NCBI GenBank assembly: GCA_030141605.1
Contig: JAQGDQ010000493.1
Coordinates: 62,001-126,000 of the forward strand
Reading direction: 5' to 3'
DNA: 64,000 bases
Source: Tubiluchus corallicola
Taxonomy: Eukaryota; Animalia; Priapulida
The position numbers were made by a program, and so were the translations under genes. How positions within the stretch are numbered: the first letter of the stretch is position 1; every line of letters starts with the position of its first letter. Shown piece by piece: positions 62,901 to 64,000 of this stretch. Under the pieces are notes generated by a model, which was not told the DNA's origin, searched no databases, and worked only from the letters and a program-made list of their open reading frames with translations.

Positions 62901-64000
62901 GCGTTAAAATCAACTCGACGTATGCTTGTATACTTAAAAGCAGAAAAACAGGCCATAAAAATGTAAGTTGAGGCTGGATGCGCCAGTTTTCTAAAAGGTT
63001 CAATCTAAAAATCTCAGATGCGTACTTGTTAAGTGATCAGGTGTGGCACATGCCTCTAAGCTGTTACCTAGAAAAGGTGAACTATAATGCTGGTATAGGT
63101 TAAGGTTTTAAACTTTTGGCACAGCGCATGTCTATGCCCACACTGAAGCGATGGTAAATAGTAAATAAAATTTAAAGAATTTAAAATATGTGCCCCTTCC
63201 GTCTACTTGGATATTGTGTGCTAACTGGCTGCATGGTTTATTTTTCTCTGGTCTTTGCATTTATCCTGCAGGATGTGTACTTGTAGTACGGCAGCTATTG
63301 CCTTAATGTTGTCCACAAAAATTTAATACAGACGAAGTACAATCGAATACAATGTATAGAGTCTACGGATCTACTTGCACCAGCGGTGATGATAAATAGT
63401 CTGCACATCGAGCAGTCAATCAGATTTATCAAAATGTACTTTGCTCGTGTTTTTTTTCTTTTTTCAAAGACTTCATTCTCAGATGTGACATACGCCATGA
63501 ATATCAGAAGTACAAGGACGCTATTTTCTTGCAACGTTTGCTAGGCACATGTTACTGCCATTGGTCAATCCCTAGCAACCGTTGTACAGAAATAAAACTT
63601 CCGAGATTCGGTAAAAAATACGAGAAAATAATGCGATTTAATGTTAAATACATTAGCCACGGCTGTTTAACAATACAATGGCAACAGCGCGCGCGCCTGA
63701 CAAAAAGGTTTTATATTTGTGCCGTATGTACATTTGAGAAATTTTTTTTTGAGATAAGAGGAAGCACAGACCGTCTAATATTTTACATCCGTATGCCTAG
63801 TCATGAAGTCACAGCTGATCTAACTGAATCAACTCATGCCTGTTTCACCGAAAAAGGTGTAGCAAAGCAGTATTGTATATCGACATCCTCAACTAGTTTA
63901 TCATGATGATCAATTTGATATCATAAGCCTACAAGTTATCATAGTACATGAAAACCTTCCATTTCTTGAACATTTGAGCAATGTGCATAAACAAAACTGT

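Noticed and set aside
60030-64000. Upstream FGF exons or ORFs such as 61833-62024 and 63529-63906
   Set aside because: No FGF core motifs in the frames examined; treated as FGF intron, with upstream exons beyond the window.

Overview
AT-rich, intron-rich animal genomic DNA, probably from an invertebrate; most ORFs in the supplied track are noise from microsatellites and introns. Two minus-strand protein-coding genes can be supported. (1) A p40phox/NCF4-like NADPH-oxidase adaptor that I assembled by hand from nine GT-AG exons (35711 down to 2525; 987 nt open frame, 328 aa, start codon unresolved). It has a PX domain, an acidic linker, only a vestigial half-SH3 and a p40phox-type PB1 domain split by a 27-kb intron. 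(2) The last coding exon and probable long 3'UTR of an FGF8/17/18-family gene (59999-59577). The rest holds transposon debris: a five-copy hAT MITE family with 8-bp TSDs, a hAT transposase remnant, LINE/RTE fragments, tRNA-derived SINEs, and Penelope-type sequences with hammerhead-ribozyme-like motifs, including an inverted pair. The most interesting observations are the apparently disarmed p40phox-like protein, the giant intron downstream of FGF8 (possible enhancer-bearing bystander intron) and the intronic hammerhead motifs. All family assignments come from recalled motifs, not database searches.
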